From positions 1,353 through 65,352 of the forward strand of contig CAIKAH010000055.1 of the NCBI GenBank assembly GCA_903825355.1: a DNA stretch of 64,000 nucleotides, written 5' to 3'. The position numbers and the translations under genes were made by a program. Below, piece by piece: positions 9,296 to 18,344 of this stretch. Origin of the DNA: an uncultured bacterium (lineage in GTDB: Bacteria > Babelota > Babeliae > Babelales > RVW-14). The notes under the pieces are model-generated. The model ran no database searches. It was not told the origin of the DNA and worked only from the letters and a program-made list of their open reading frames with translations. Each line of letters begins with the position of its first letter. Positions within the stretch are counted from its first letter, which is position 1.

Positions 9296-10136
9296 CCGCC
9301 TTGGCCTACATCTTAGACTAAAAGACAACTTAGCTACTCTGGTAGAAGAAGCGTTATTATTACAACTTTCATGCATACAGTTTTTTTTAGTAGAACAAAA
9401 AACTCATCAATACTTGAATTTTACCTCAAAAGATAAGCAACTTTTTTTACAAGCACGCCAAACTTTTTTAAAAGATGTTTTTATCCACAGCTCTTATTGG
9501 ATAAATGCTGCAAGCAGTAAAAAGGATGTGTTCAATCTTTCTCGATCGTTGCTTCGCCGTGAAATTCGGACCGCTAAAAGCCTCGAGGTTCCTTACTTAG
9601 TTCTTCACGCTGGTTCTTCAAAAGGGCACCTGGTTTCAGCAGAAGATCCCTTGGCAAAAGTAAAAGGACTTCAAAGCTTAGCACGTATGCTTAATTCATT
9701 ACTCAAGAAAGAAAACGACATAACATTACTACTAGAAAATGCTGCGCATGGAAACAAAACGCTGGGAAATGATTTAAACGATTTTGTTATATTAAAAGAA
9801 TTGCTTGATCAACCTGAAAAAATAGGGTTTTGCCTGGACACTGCCCATGCTTACGCTTATGGTTATAAGCTCGACCCTATAAACGACTTTTTAGCAACCG
9901 TAGATAAAACAATGGGGCTGGCAAGCCTTAAATTGATACATTTCAATGATTCTGACAACCTCTTTGGTAGCATGCTTGATAAACATGCCGCTCCTGGGCA
10001 AGGAAATATTGGAAAAGACGTTCTTTCCTCATTTTTACACCATAAAAACCTCCAGTCACTTCCTAAAATAATTGAAGCACCAGTAAGCAGTAAGCAAAAC
10101 CTACTCCAGATGCTGAAATTCATACGTTCATGGTAA
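9282..10136 (+). CDS. nfo: endonuclease IV
   Basis: Nfo-like blocks HSSYWINAAS, VLHAGS, LLENAA, CLDTAHAYAYGY, HFNDS. TTG start at 9282 is backed by AAGGAG (9271-9276) 5 nt upstream. Overlaps the upstream gene by 14 nt. Confidence 0.85.
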   Translation: MSSTNRLGLHLRLKDNLATLVEEALLLQLSCIQFFLVEQKTHQYLNFTSKDKQLFLQARQTFLKDVFIHSSYWINAASSKKDVFNLSRSLLRREIRTAKSLEVPYLVLHAGSSKGHLVSAEDPLAKVKGLQSLARMLNSLLKKENDITLLLENAAHGNKTLGNDLNDFVILKELLDQPEKIGFCLDTAHAYAYGYKLDPINDFLATVDKTMGLASLKLIHFNDSDNLFGSMLDKHAAPGQGNIGKDVLSSFLHHKNLQSLPKIIEAPVSSKQNLLQMLKFIRSW

Positions 10137-10228
10137 TTACAAACAGCCATTGACACCCCCCGTTGTTCAAAATGATTGTTACAGCATAATAGAACTCATA
10201 TTAAACTACATTTTAAGGAGGTTTTATT

Positions 10229-10876
10229 ATGCAAAACGTAACAAAACTAATCGCCCTCGCAGGACTTATCACCGCAAGTACGTACACAGCGGGGAATGCA
10301 ACAGTAAGCACTGCAAAACCTGATGCTTCACTTGATAGCATACGCACTCGTGCGTTTCACATATGCCAGAATGTATCAATCAATATCAGCGAAGATGCCA
10401 TAACTAAACAAGTTATGGTCCAAGCTAAAGGTGATTGGCCATTGCTAACCTGGCTGAGCAGAGAAAAAAAGAAAATACGGACAATGATTGACCGTCTAGT
10501 GGCAACCAGCAAAGCAACTGCTGATAGCGAAATAACTCCTATCGATAATGATCTCATTCAGGCTATAGTTTTAAAAACAGTACCTTTAGTGCGAGAAATG
10601 CTTACTGAGGTGCTTCATCTGGACGAAAAAGAAGCAGCTGTTTTCTGGCAAGCGCATGGAAATCGCATTACGATTGAAGCAACAACAGCCCTACGGTCTT
10701 GGTTGACCAATCACGAGGATGTACTGTATATAAAAAACATGCTTGAACACGCGCATTTTACTAAATTTATGCATATCATTGCACAAATTATTAAAAACCA
10801 ACTCAATACAGCATCACATTTGAAGGCTGCTGTTTCTGCATTCCGAAATGATATACGAGCTGCCACAGCAGTATAA
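10229..10876 (+). CDS. secreted hypothetical protein
   Basis: GGAGG-type SD upstream, N-terminal signal peptide (LIALAGLITASTYTAGNA). No recognisable domain. Confidence 0.6.
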   Translation: MQNVTKLIALAGLITASTYTAGNATVSTAKPDASLDSIRTRAFHICQNVSINISEDAITKQVMVQAKGDWPLLTWLSREKKKIRTMIDRLVATSKATADSEITPIDNDLIQAIVLKTVPLVREMLTEVLHLDEKEAAVFWQAHGNRITIEATTALRSWLTNHEDVLYIKNMLEHAHFTKFMHIIAQIIKNQLNTASHLKAAVSAFRNDIRAATAV

Positions 10877-11069
10877 AAAATGCAGTGAGCTAATTTTTTA
10901 CCATGAGTCTTTCAATATGATTCTGACGCTAGACATACACAGCAGCTCTGGTAAAATAGGAGCGTTCTCGAATATTGAGAGCAATCTTATTATTGCAGAC
11001 AGAAAATTAAATATATTGTTATCTTAACTGTTATTTATACAGTTTCATGACTGAAAGGCTCATGGTATC

Positions 11070-11396
11070 ATGAAAACTTTATTTGATACATACGCTATAT
11101 TCCAAGCTGGTGGCAAACAATACCAAGCTATTCCAGGTAAAACATTAGCATTAGAAAAATGTGATGGAAATGCTGGTGACACTATCTCATTCAACGAAGT
11201 TGTAATGCGTAAAAATGGCGACAGCAAGTTTGAATTCGGACAACCGTTTGTTAAAAACGCTACCATCAAAGCAAGCATTATCAAACAAACCAAAGGTCCG
11301 AAAGTAGTTATTTTTAAATTCCAACGCCGCAAAAAAGTAAGAACAAAAACCGGTCATCGTCAACCTATGACTGTTGTTCGCATCGAAAGTATTTAG
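11070..11396 (+). CDS. rplU: 50S ribosomal protein L21
   Basis: YAIFQAGGKQYQAIPGKTL ... FKFQRRKKVRTKTGHRQPMT is the canonical L21 pattern. Confidence 0.92.
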   Translation: MKTLFDTYAIFQAGGKQYQAIPGKTLALEKCDGNAGDTISFNEVVMRKNGDSKFEFGQPFVKNATIKASIIKQTKGPKVVIFKFQRRKKVRTKTGHRQPMTVVRIESI

Positions 11397-11403
11397 TTAA
11401 TTC

Positions 11404-12705
11404 ATGACGAAAAAATGCTCCTTTAATGATCTTGGCCTATCAAAAGAATTGCTTGCAGCTATTGCTGATCTAGGGTTTGAGGAAGCTTCTCCCATTCAGG
11501 CAGAAGCTATACCTGTTATTCTTGACGGAAATGATGTGATTGGCCAAGCAGCAACCGGCAGTGGCAAAACCGCAGCCTTTGCTATTCCCGTAATTGAAAA
11601 AATTAATACCACAAGCCGAAAACCACAAGCATTAGTGCTGTGCCCTGTACGAGAGTTGGCTGTTCAGGTTTCTGAACAGTTCAATAAGTTCAGCAGTCAC
11701 AAACGCGGCATAGTAATCCATCCTGTCTTTGGGGGACAACCCATTGAACGCCAAATACAAGCGCTTAAGCGTGGCGTACATGTTATTATTGGGACACCAG
11801 GAAGAATTCTTGACCATGTTAACCGCCGCACGATTGATTTAACAGCAATTGACATTGTTGTTCTTGATGAAGCAGATAAAATGCTTGATATGGGCTTTAG
11901 AGACGATATTGAGCACATTCTGAGTCTTGCCTCATCGCGTAAGCAAACATTATTGTTCTCAGCAACCATGGCCCGTGAAATTTTAGCACTTACCAAACGG
12001 TACCAAAAAAATCCGGTGCACATAAAGGTTTCGCATGAACAAGTGAGTGCTCCTGCTATTGAGCAGTTATACTTAGATGTTGAGCCCAACAGAAAATTAG
12101 AGACCGTAGTTCGTTTGATTGATCTTTATAACCCAAAATCATCAATCATTTTTTGCAACACCAAACGTCGTGTTGATGATGTCGTAAGCGACTTAAAAAC
12201 CCGCGGCTATGACGCTGTTGGTATTCATGGTGATATTACGCAAGACAAGCGTAATCGCATTATGATGAAGTTCAAAAAAGGTGGCGGCGAGGCAGATATT
12301 TTGGTTGCAACTGACGTTGCTGCTCGCGGCATTGACGTTTCACACGTTGAATGTGTATTTAACTACGATATTCCGCAAGATGAAGATTCTTACGTTCACC
12401 GTATCGGCCGTACCGGTCGTGCTGGTAAAACGGGAACTGCATTTAGCTTGGTTTCTCGCCGAGAATTCTACTCATTTAAGGATATCAAACGTTACACGAA
12501 AGCTGTCATCAAACGCATTGATATGCCAACTGATGCAGAGGTTGAAGCTACACGCTACGCCAAAGTGATGGATATCATCAAAAAAACTGTCAAGGATAGC
12601 AATTTAGCGCCATATGCGGCAGTCCTTCAAGAATTGTTGCAAGAAGATTATGCAACACTTGATGTCTGTGCAGCTTTGCTTAAACTGTACTCTGAGAAGA
12701 AATAA
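11404..12705 (+). CDS. DEAD-box ATP-dependent RNA helicase
   Basis: Q motif (F..LGL...L.AI..LGFEEASPIQ), AATGSGKTAAF, PTRELA-like CPVRELA, VLDEADKML, SAT, HRIGRTGRAG. Confidence 0.92.
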   Translation: MTKKCSFNDLGLSKELLAAIADLGFEEASPIQAEAIPVILDGNDVIGQAATGSGKTAAFAIPVIEKINTTSRKPQALVLCPVRELAVQVSEQFNKFSSHKRGIVIHPVFGGQPIERQIQALKRGVHVIIGTPGRILDHVNRRTIDLTAIDIVVLDEADKMLDMGFRDDIEHILSLASSRKQTLLFSATMAREILALTKRYQKNPVHIKVSHEQVSAPAIEQLYLDVEPNRKLETVVRLIDLYNPKSSIIFCNTKRRVDDVVSDLKTRGYDAVGIHGDITQDKRNRIMMKFKKGGGEADILVATDVAARGIDVSHVECVFNYDIPQDEDSYVHRIGRTGRAGKTGTAFSLVSRREFYSFKDIKRYTKAVIKRIDMPTDAEVEATRYAKVMDIIKKTVKDSNLAPYAAVLQELLQEDYATLDVCAALLKLYSEKK

Positions 12706-12711
12706 TTTTTT

Positions 12712-12822
12712 AAGGCATCCGCCGTCACTCATGCAGAGTTATGGCGCGATAAGCTCGCCGTCGTTGGATAGCCTGCTTCATTGCGTGATAGCTTAAACGA
12801 GCGAATACGGATGCCTTTTTTC
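12712..12822 (+). other. about 110-nt structured element closed by a perfect 10-bp stem and followed by a T-run (unusual terminator or small RNA)
   Basis: AAGGCATCCG (12712-12721) pairs perfectly with CGGATGCCTT (12808-12817) and is followed by TTTT. The interior has local hairpins (CTC-ATGCA-GAG, TTAT-GGCGCG-ATAA, GCTCG/CGAGC). It lies right after the helicase stop at 12705. Confidence 0.4.
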
Positions 12823-12842
12823 CTTATCAAGTAGCTAGATTT

Positions 12843-13778
12843 ATGAATACAAAACGCATTCTTTTATATTACAAATATATTACTATCCCAAACCCTCAAG
12901 CTGTTATGATGTGGCAACGTGAGCTGTGTCAGATGCTTGGCCTTACCGGTCGTATCATCATAGCAAGCGAAGGAATTAACGGCACCATTTGCGGAACACA
13001 AGAAAACACCGCAACTTACGTAGCTGTAATGTCTGCACATGAACTTTTTGGTGGCATTGATTGGAAAGATAGTATTGTAAATGGTGCGCATGAGTATTTT
13101 CCTAAGCTACAAATAAAAGTTAAAAAAGAAATCACTAATCTTGGCCTTGATACAGAAATCTACACAGCCGCAAAAGGGGCTGAACATCTCACCCCTGCGC
13201 AATGGCACGAAGCAGTAGCACAAGCCAACCGAGAAGATACCATCATCTTTGATAACCGCAATGCCTTTGAAGCCCGCGTGGGCGCTTTTGAAGGGGCAGT
13301 TATCCCTGATGTTGAATACTTCAGAGACTTCCCAGCATATGTTGATAAGAATCTCGATTTATTCAAGGACAAAGAAGTTTTGATGTACTGTACCGGTGGC
13401 GTACGCTGCGAACGTGCTTCAGCTTATTTGATTGCTAAAGGCGTAGCAAAAGGGGTTAAACAACTGGACGGCGGTATTCACCGGTATGCTGAGCAGTTTC
13501 CTGATGGTTTTTTCCGTGGCAAAAATTATGTGTTTGATGGCCGCATTACTGTCCCAGTAACCAATGACGTACTAGGGACTTGCGATGTGTGTGGTGTCGT
13601 TTGCGATGATTATACCAACTGTTTGAACGCGAAATGCAACAAACACTTCATCGGTTGCCCTGACTGTATACAGCGACTACAAAATATGTGCAGCGAAACC
13701 TGTGATCAACTGGTTCGTGAAGGAAAAGTCAAAAAGCGCCCACTCAGACAACGCGTTGATCCGACAATTTCGGAGTAA
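12843..13778 (+). CDS. trhO: rhodanese-domain tRNA uridine(34) hydroxylase (UPF0176/YceA family)
   Basis: N-terminal UPF0176 region (LLYYKYI...), rhodanese active-site loop YCTGGVRCERAS, Cys-rich C-terminal tail. Confidence 0.8.
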   Translation: MNTKRILLYYKYITIPNPQAVMMWQRELCQMLGLTGRIIIASEGINGTICGTQENTATYVAVMSAHELFGGIDWKDSIVNGAHEYFPKLQIKVKKEITNLGLDTEIYTAAKGAEHLTPAQWHEAVAQANREDTIIFDNRNAFEARVGAFEGAVIPDVEYFRDFPAYVDKNLDLFKDKEVLMYCTGGVRCERASAYLIAKGVAKGVKQLDGGIHRYAEQFPDGFFRGKNYVFDGRITVPVTNDVLGTCDVCGVVCDDYTNCLNAKCNKHFIGCPDCIQRLQNMCSETCDQLVREGKVKKRPLRQRVDPTISE

Positions 13779-13799
13779 GCACAACTGTTTTCCTCATAA

Positions 13800-14285
13800 A
13801 TACAATCCTCAATAATAAGCTTTATTGGCAGCATCAGAAGCTTGCTGGCAAATAAGCTTTATGCAAAAGCTTGTAGCACGCTTGATCCTAATAACCTTGA
13901 AGCATCTGCAACTACCTTGGCTTGCCGTGACTCCATAATCATAAGGTTTCTATATACAGTTGATGGCTTTTGAAAATTTATCAAACTTTATATAGAAATT
14001 GTACTTACACGGGCTATTACTGAAAATGGTCCACGGCCGATTATACGTACTGCAGCTCTAAGTAAAATTATTAGTGAAGATGAAGCACGTCGACTTATGG
14101 AAATGGTCATCGAGCGTAACAAAGCTTCCCACATGTACCGCGAAGAAATCGCTGATGAGATAGCAAAGCACCCACCAAAGGCCTACAAACTCATATTTTC
14201 TATTCTTGAGCGATTGCACCAAAATGTATTGGTAAAAGGATGCGAATATTACACCAACACTCGCATATATTCTCGCTCACTGTAG
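13800..14285 (+). pseudogene. eroded HEPN-domain gene (HI0074 / nucleotidyltransferase substrate-binding family)
   Basis: One frame, open from 13800, reads ...RDSIIIRFLYTVDGF*KFIKLYIE...IERNKASHMYREEIADEI... The RNKASH (Rx4H) HEPN motif and the RFEFT..WK..K.YLE-like block are present. There is an in-frame TGA at 13971-13973 where the family has a conserved Trp. No ATG lies near the 5' end. No cognate MNT gene is adjacent. Confidence 0.7.
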
Positions 14286-15181
14286 AACCAGCGAGCAAGT
14301 GAATCAAGACACATGGTGACTGATTCATATTGCGGTGACACAGAAAAGCCAACCGTTTCTAGGGAAAATCCCGCAGGTAATAATGCTCGCACAACCAGAT
14401 CTTGATAACCATTAAAAGGTTGATTAGAAACTGCTAAGCAAGAACCAGGCTGCGGCTGTTTTGTAAGCCAACAATCAATAGTATCTTTTGTATTTGGTCT
14501 GCGCCAAGAACCGTCTCCTTGTTGTTGCTTTGGAGCGTTAATTAGCACCATGGGCACCTGACGCATCGGCGGCGCCATCAGTAGATGATCATAAATAAGT
14601 TGCATGGCACCGTCTTCTGTTCCAGGCATCTCTTCAGGCTGTACTTGCCAGCCTGGCTGCATAGGAAAACGATCTTGTTTATCCGTAAACGAAGAACTAG
14701 TTTCTTCTGAAGGGTACAGATCACGTTGACCGGTTAATAAGATTAGTTTCTTAAACCGCACCCCCTTTTGCCACAGCCCAGCTAAAAATGCTAATCGCGC
14801 ACGCATCACCAAAATAGTAGCCCCATGTACTAATGCATAATCGTACTCTTTGTACTTAGGCAATACCTCATCAATCAAGCCGAGCTTTTGCAGCAAGGGT
14901 TTGAATTCGTGCATGCGGTTAGCGTACTTATCAGTTAGCTCGTAGCGCTCCATGCCAGCTGTTCTTAACCACTGTTTTTGTGTTGCAGTTATAATACTTT
15001 CTCTTGTTTTCTCACAAACTACATCAGCTTGCTGAAGTAGCGTAACTAAATCAGCTGAAGGCTTTCCTTGCTGGTCAAAAAACGGACTCTGGTAGGCTGT
15101 TGTCTCTTGCGCAACAGAACCACTGCAAGCAGCAAGAAAAATTAATAGAATAGTGAGCAAACTACGTCGTGCTATCATCAT
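14249..15181 (-). CDS. lipoprotein, possibly DUF218/YdcF-like
   Basis: Canonical lipobox (LLIFLAAC). The central YALVHGATILVMRARLAFLAGLW..LILLTGQR and distal CLAVSNQPFNGYQDLVVRA stretches resemble DUF218. Family call is tentative. Confidence 0.55.
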   Translation of the reverse strand: MMIARRSLLTILLIFLAACSGSVAQETTAYQSPFFDQQGKPSADLVTLLQQADVVCEKTRESIITATQKQWLRTAGMERYELTDKYANRMHEFKPLLQKLGLIDEVLPKYKEYDYALVHGATILVMRARLAFLAGLWQKGVRFKKLILLTGQRDLYPSEETSSSFTDKQDRFPMQPGWQVQPEEMPGTEDGAMQLIYDHLLMAPPMRQVPMVLINAPKQQQGDGSWRRPNTKDTIDCWLTKQPQPGSCLAVSNQPFNGYQDLVVRALLPAGFSLETVGFSVSPQYESVTMCLDSLARWFYSEREYMRVLV

Positions 15182-15196
15182 AATGGTGTCATTTTT

Positions 15197-15778
15197 CTAT
15201 GAAAATAATACTTTCACACTTCCGAATAAAATGAGCATAAAAAGTATTGCTAGTAGATTAAAATAGCGGTCAATAAACGTTTGTATTGGCTTACCCCATT
15301 TGTAAATGAGTCCCGCAAGCAAAAAGAACCGTATCCCACGTCCGAGTATAGAAAATCCAATAAAAGAAGCAAGGTCCAAGTGACAAAAACCAGCTGAAAT
15401 AGTCACTGCCTTGTAAGGGACTGGCGTTAACGCTGCAATAAGTACCGCCCAATGCTGATAAAGTGCATATTTTGCCGCAATACTATCAAAAACAGGCTGC
15501 GAGATCAAATGCTGCACAATCCAAGTCCCCACTGTACTCCACATAACCGCACCAATGGCATAACCAAACAGCCCTCCAAATACTGACGCCCCTGTAGCAA
15601 GCGCTGCATAGTAAAACGAACGTGATTGATGTTTTACGCAGTACAAAATTAAGAGGGGGTCTACCGGAATAATCAAGACTGATGCTTCGATAAAAAACAA
15701 AAACAATAGCCATGCAGTTGCCCAGGGGGAGCCTACCTTGCTGCCCATCCAGTCATAAATACGACGAATTATATTCAC
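15197..15778 (-). CDS. YqaA/DedA (VTT-domain) family inner-membrane protein
   Basis: About 190 aa, 4-5 TM. WATAWLLFLFFIEASVLIIPVDPLL matches the YqaA/DedA N-terminal re-entrant motif. Confidence 0.6.
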   Translation of the reverse strand: MNIIRRIYDWMGSKVGSPWATAWLLFLFFIEASVLIIPVDPLLILYCVKHQSRSFYYAALATGASVFGGLFGYAIGAVMWSTVGTWIVQHLISQPVFDSIAAKYALYQHWAVLIAALTPVPYKAVTISAGFCHLDLASFIGFSILGRGIRFFLLAGLIYKWGKPIQTFIDRYFNLLAILFMLILFGSVKVLFS

Positions 15779-15862
15779 TCATTCACCTTTTACCATAAAG
15801 GCCCATACTAACAAACGAGTATGGGCCTTTATATTTATTTTATATACGCACAAGTACATTGA

Positions 15863-17176
15863 TTATTTTGATATCATCAATCTATCAAGATAGCCCTGGA
15901 TATCACCAATAGCCACGCGCTCTTGCTTCATCGTATCACGATTACGAGCGGTTACCATGCCATCAGTTTCTGTTTCAAAGTCGTACGTTAAGCACACAGG
16001 TGTACCAATCTCATCTTGGCGACGATAGCGCTTACCAATAGATCCACCATCGTCAAACTGCACGCGGTAACCTTTAGCTTTTAAATCTAAAAACACCTTC
16101 TCTGCTTTTTCAGACAATTTAGTTGAAAGTGGCATAATTGCTGCCGTATAAGGGGCAACCGCCGGATGAAAGCGCAACACGGTACGTACATCTCCATCAA
16201 CTTCATCTTCATCATAAGCATCAAAAAGCAAGGTCAAGAACAAGCGGTCAACCCCCACAGAACATTCAACCACATGCGGCATATAGGAGGATTTAGTAGC
16301 TTCATCAAATACTCCCAGATCTTTGCCAGAATGCTTACTGTGCTGGGATAAATCAAAATCAGCACGATTAGCTATCCCTTCAAGCTCCTTAAAGCCAAAG
16401 GGGAATTCATATTCAACATCGATACATGCTTTTGAATAGTGCGCTAATTCATCAGATGCATGTGGACGCAAGCGAATACGTTCAGGATTAATACCAAGGC
16501 CCAAGAAAAATTGTTTGCGTCGTTCCACCCAAAGTTCAAAAAAGCGTGCTGCGTCTTCGCCTTTGCAGAAAAACTCCATCTCCATTTGCTCAAACTCACG
16601 CATACGGAACAAAAACTGCTTTGGCGTAATTTCGTTACGAAACGCTTTGCCAATTTGCGCTATCCCAAACGGAACCTTAACGCGAAAGCTACTCATCACA
16701 TTTTTAAAGTTAATAAAAATAGCTTGTGCCGTTTCAGGTCGCAAATAAGCGTCACTGGTAGCATCAGACATAGCGCCGAGTTCAGTTTTAAACATCAGGT
16801 TAAATTGACGCACAGCTGTCCATTGCTTATTCCCACAACTGGGACAATTTTTTTCTAGATCAACATCATCCGCACGATAGCGTTTTTTGCACTGCATACA
16901 GTCAACCATCGGGTCACTGAAATTATCCAAATGTCCAGACGCTTTCCAAACATCAGCGCTACCAAGCAAGGAACCATCGACAAGTACCACCTCTTCAGCA
17001 AAGCTCATCATATGCGTAAGCCAGCGATTCTTGATAGTATGCTTAAGTAAGGCTCCTAGAGGACCACAATCGTAGACCCCATTCAATCCGCCATAAATTT
17101 CACCAGACTGATAAACAAAGCCACGCCGCTTACAGAGCGAAACAATCTTTTCTAGGGTTGCTTTTGATGCTGACAT
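15863..17176 (-). CDS. glyQS: glycyl-tRNA synthetase, dimeric (alpha2) type
   Basis: KRRGFVYQSGEIYGGLNGVYDCGPLG, YLRPETAQ, FRNEITPKQFLFRMREFEQMEMEFF, and a C-terminal anticodon-binding domain. Confidence 0.93.
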   Translation of the reverse strand: MSASKATLEKIVSLCKRRGFVYQSGEIYGGLNGVYDCGPLGALLKHTIKNRWLTHMMSFAEEVVLVDGSLLGSADVWKASGHLDNFSDPMVDCMQCKKRYRADDVDLEKNCPSCGNKQWTAVRQFNLMFKTELGAMSDATSDAYLRPETAQAIFINFKNVMSSFRVKVPFGIAQIGKAFRNEITPKQFLFRMREFEQMEMEFFCKGEDAARFFELWVERRKQFFLGLGINPERIRLRPHASDELAHYSKACIDVEYEFPFGFKELEGIANRADFDLSQHSKHSGKDLGVFDEATKSSYMPHVVECSVGVDRLFLTLLFDAYDEDEVDGDVRTVLRFHPAVAPYTAAIMPLSTKLSEKAEKVFLDLKAKGYRVQFDDGGSIGKRYRRQDEIGTPVCLTYDFETETDGMVTARNRDTMKQERVAIGDIQGYLDRLMISK

Positions 17177-17409
17177 AGTACATTCCCTGTATTTAATAAA
17201 ACTATTCTTAGCTAGAGGGAAAATGTACCGCGATTTGCAGTTTTATGCAATTATGATAGCATTTCCCAGATACTTAGCCTTCTAGCTGTCGACCAAAGTA
17301 TCGAGCAAAAATTTTTTATGAGTCATACGAACAGAGGTCTCTACATACGCTCGAAGCATCTACGCATGTTTCATATCAATTCATCCCTTTTATTTCAAAA
17401 GGAGCCTAC

Positions 17410-18189
17410 ATGTTCAACGCCGATCTATCCATTCGTGGACTTATCATAACCTTACTATTTTTGACAACGGCTCTGTCTGCCACCAATAAGACACCACATT
17501 ACCCCCTACCAATCAACAAATACATCAGTGATTACACAGGCGTCCTTCAACCAGTTGACAGATTAAGCATTACTAGCACGCTCAATAAACACGAAAAAAA
17601 TAGCGGTATAGAAAGCTCTGTTGTTATTATTGATTCAATCAATAGCTATGCCCCTGGCGTTAGCCTTGAATCCTTTACTACCAACCTGTTCAATAAATGG
17701 GGTATCGGCAATCGATCAAAAAATAATGGCGTTTTATTGCTTGTAGCCTTACAAGATCGCAAAGTACGCATAGAGCTTGGCGCAGGATATGGGAAAGCAC
17801 ATGAAAAGGTTGCTGCTGAAATTATCAATAGCACCATGCTTCCATTATTTAAACAAGGTAAAATCACAGAAGCCATTATGGCTGGCAGCAATGCAATCAT
17901 TAAAGCGATAGCCACTCAACCCTCTTCGCCATGGGTTTGGTATTTGATTATTTTGGGCCTCATATTTTTTGGTATCATAGCGTTTTTTTCACTACGTGAA
18001 GCCTTACTGCACGATACTAGCTATGGTTTTACAGCAAAAGATACTGGTCGATCATGGCTGTACTACAGTTTATTTGGCGTTAGTAAACACAATAGGAACC
18101 AAAAAATCCGATCACGCTATTCGGGATACACAGGTAGCTCTTTTAGCGGTGGCCGCTCCAGCGGTGGTGGCGCTAGCGGCGGGTGGTAA
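17410..18189 (+). CDS. TPM-domain (YgcG-like) membrane protein
   Basis: Signal peptide, then a TPM block (ISDYTGVL..., NNGVLLLVALQDRKVRIELGAGY), a TM segment and a Gly/Ser tail ending GGRSSGGGASGGW. Confidence 0.75.
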   Translation: MFNADLSIRGLIITLLFLTTALSATNKTPHYPLPINKYISDYTGVLQPVDRLSITSTLNKHEKNSGIESSVVIIDSINSYAPGVSLESFTTNLFNKWGIGNRSKNNGVLLLVALQDRKVRIELGAGYGKAHEKVAAEIINSTMLPLFKQGKITEAIMAGSNAIIKAIATQPSSPWVWYLIILGLIFFGIIAFFSLREALLHDTSYGFTAKDTGRSWLYYSLFGVSKHNRNQKIRSRYSGYTGSSFSGGRSSGGGASGGW

Positions 18190-18344
18190 ATTAAATCTGT
18201 AAGCAAAGCAAAGCCCCTCTCATTTTTTTGAGCCTTAAGAAGGACCCCCCAAAGCAATATTGCTATTTTACGGTTTTTGTAAACGTGCTAAACTTGCGGC
18301 AAAGTAAATTCCCGTGGCCCTTTATGAATGAAAGAATAATTCTC

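Noticed and set aside
12712-12822. SRP (4.5S) RNA on the minus strand, suggested by a GAAGCAGGC string, a GCAA loop and paired ends
   Set aside because: The putative apical loop is far off-centre (5' arm about 32 nt, 3' arm about 69 nt). The 5' side lacks the conserved internal loop sequence (..GGUCAGGUCC..), and the fold is branched rather than a single rod.
13971-13973. TGA read as Trp (genetic code 4), which would make the HEPN gene intact
   Set aside because: TGA terminates several well-supported genes in the window (2037..2516, truA, 46190..46789). Trp is encoded by TGG throughout. The HEPN frame also lacks a start codon.
18228-18344. N-terminal extensions in the ORF track from upstream TTG/GTG codons (alaS 18228, OPT 39319, XRE-S24 41150, TPR 50695, PNPOx-like 3695, truA 60814, ANK-M48 29511)
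   Set aside because: In each case homology or a signal peptide begins at a downstream ATG that has a better SD. The extension either overlaps the upstream gene or crosses hairpins and T-runs.
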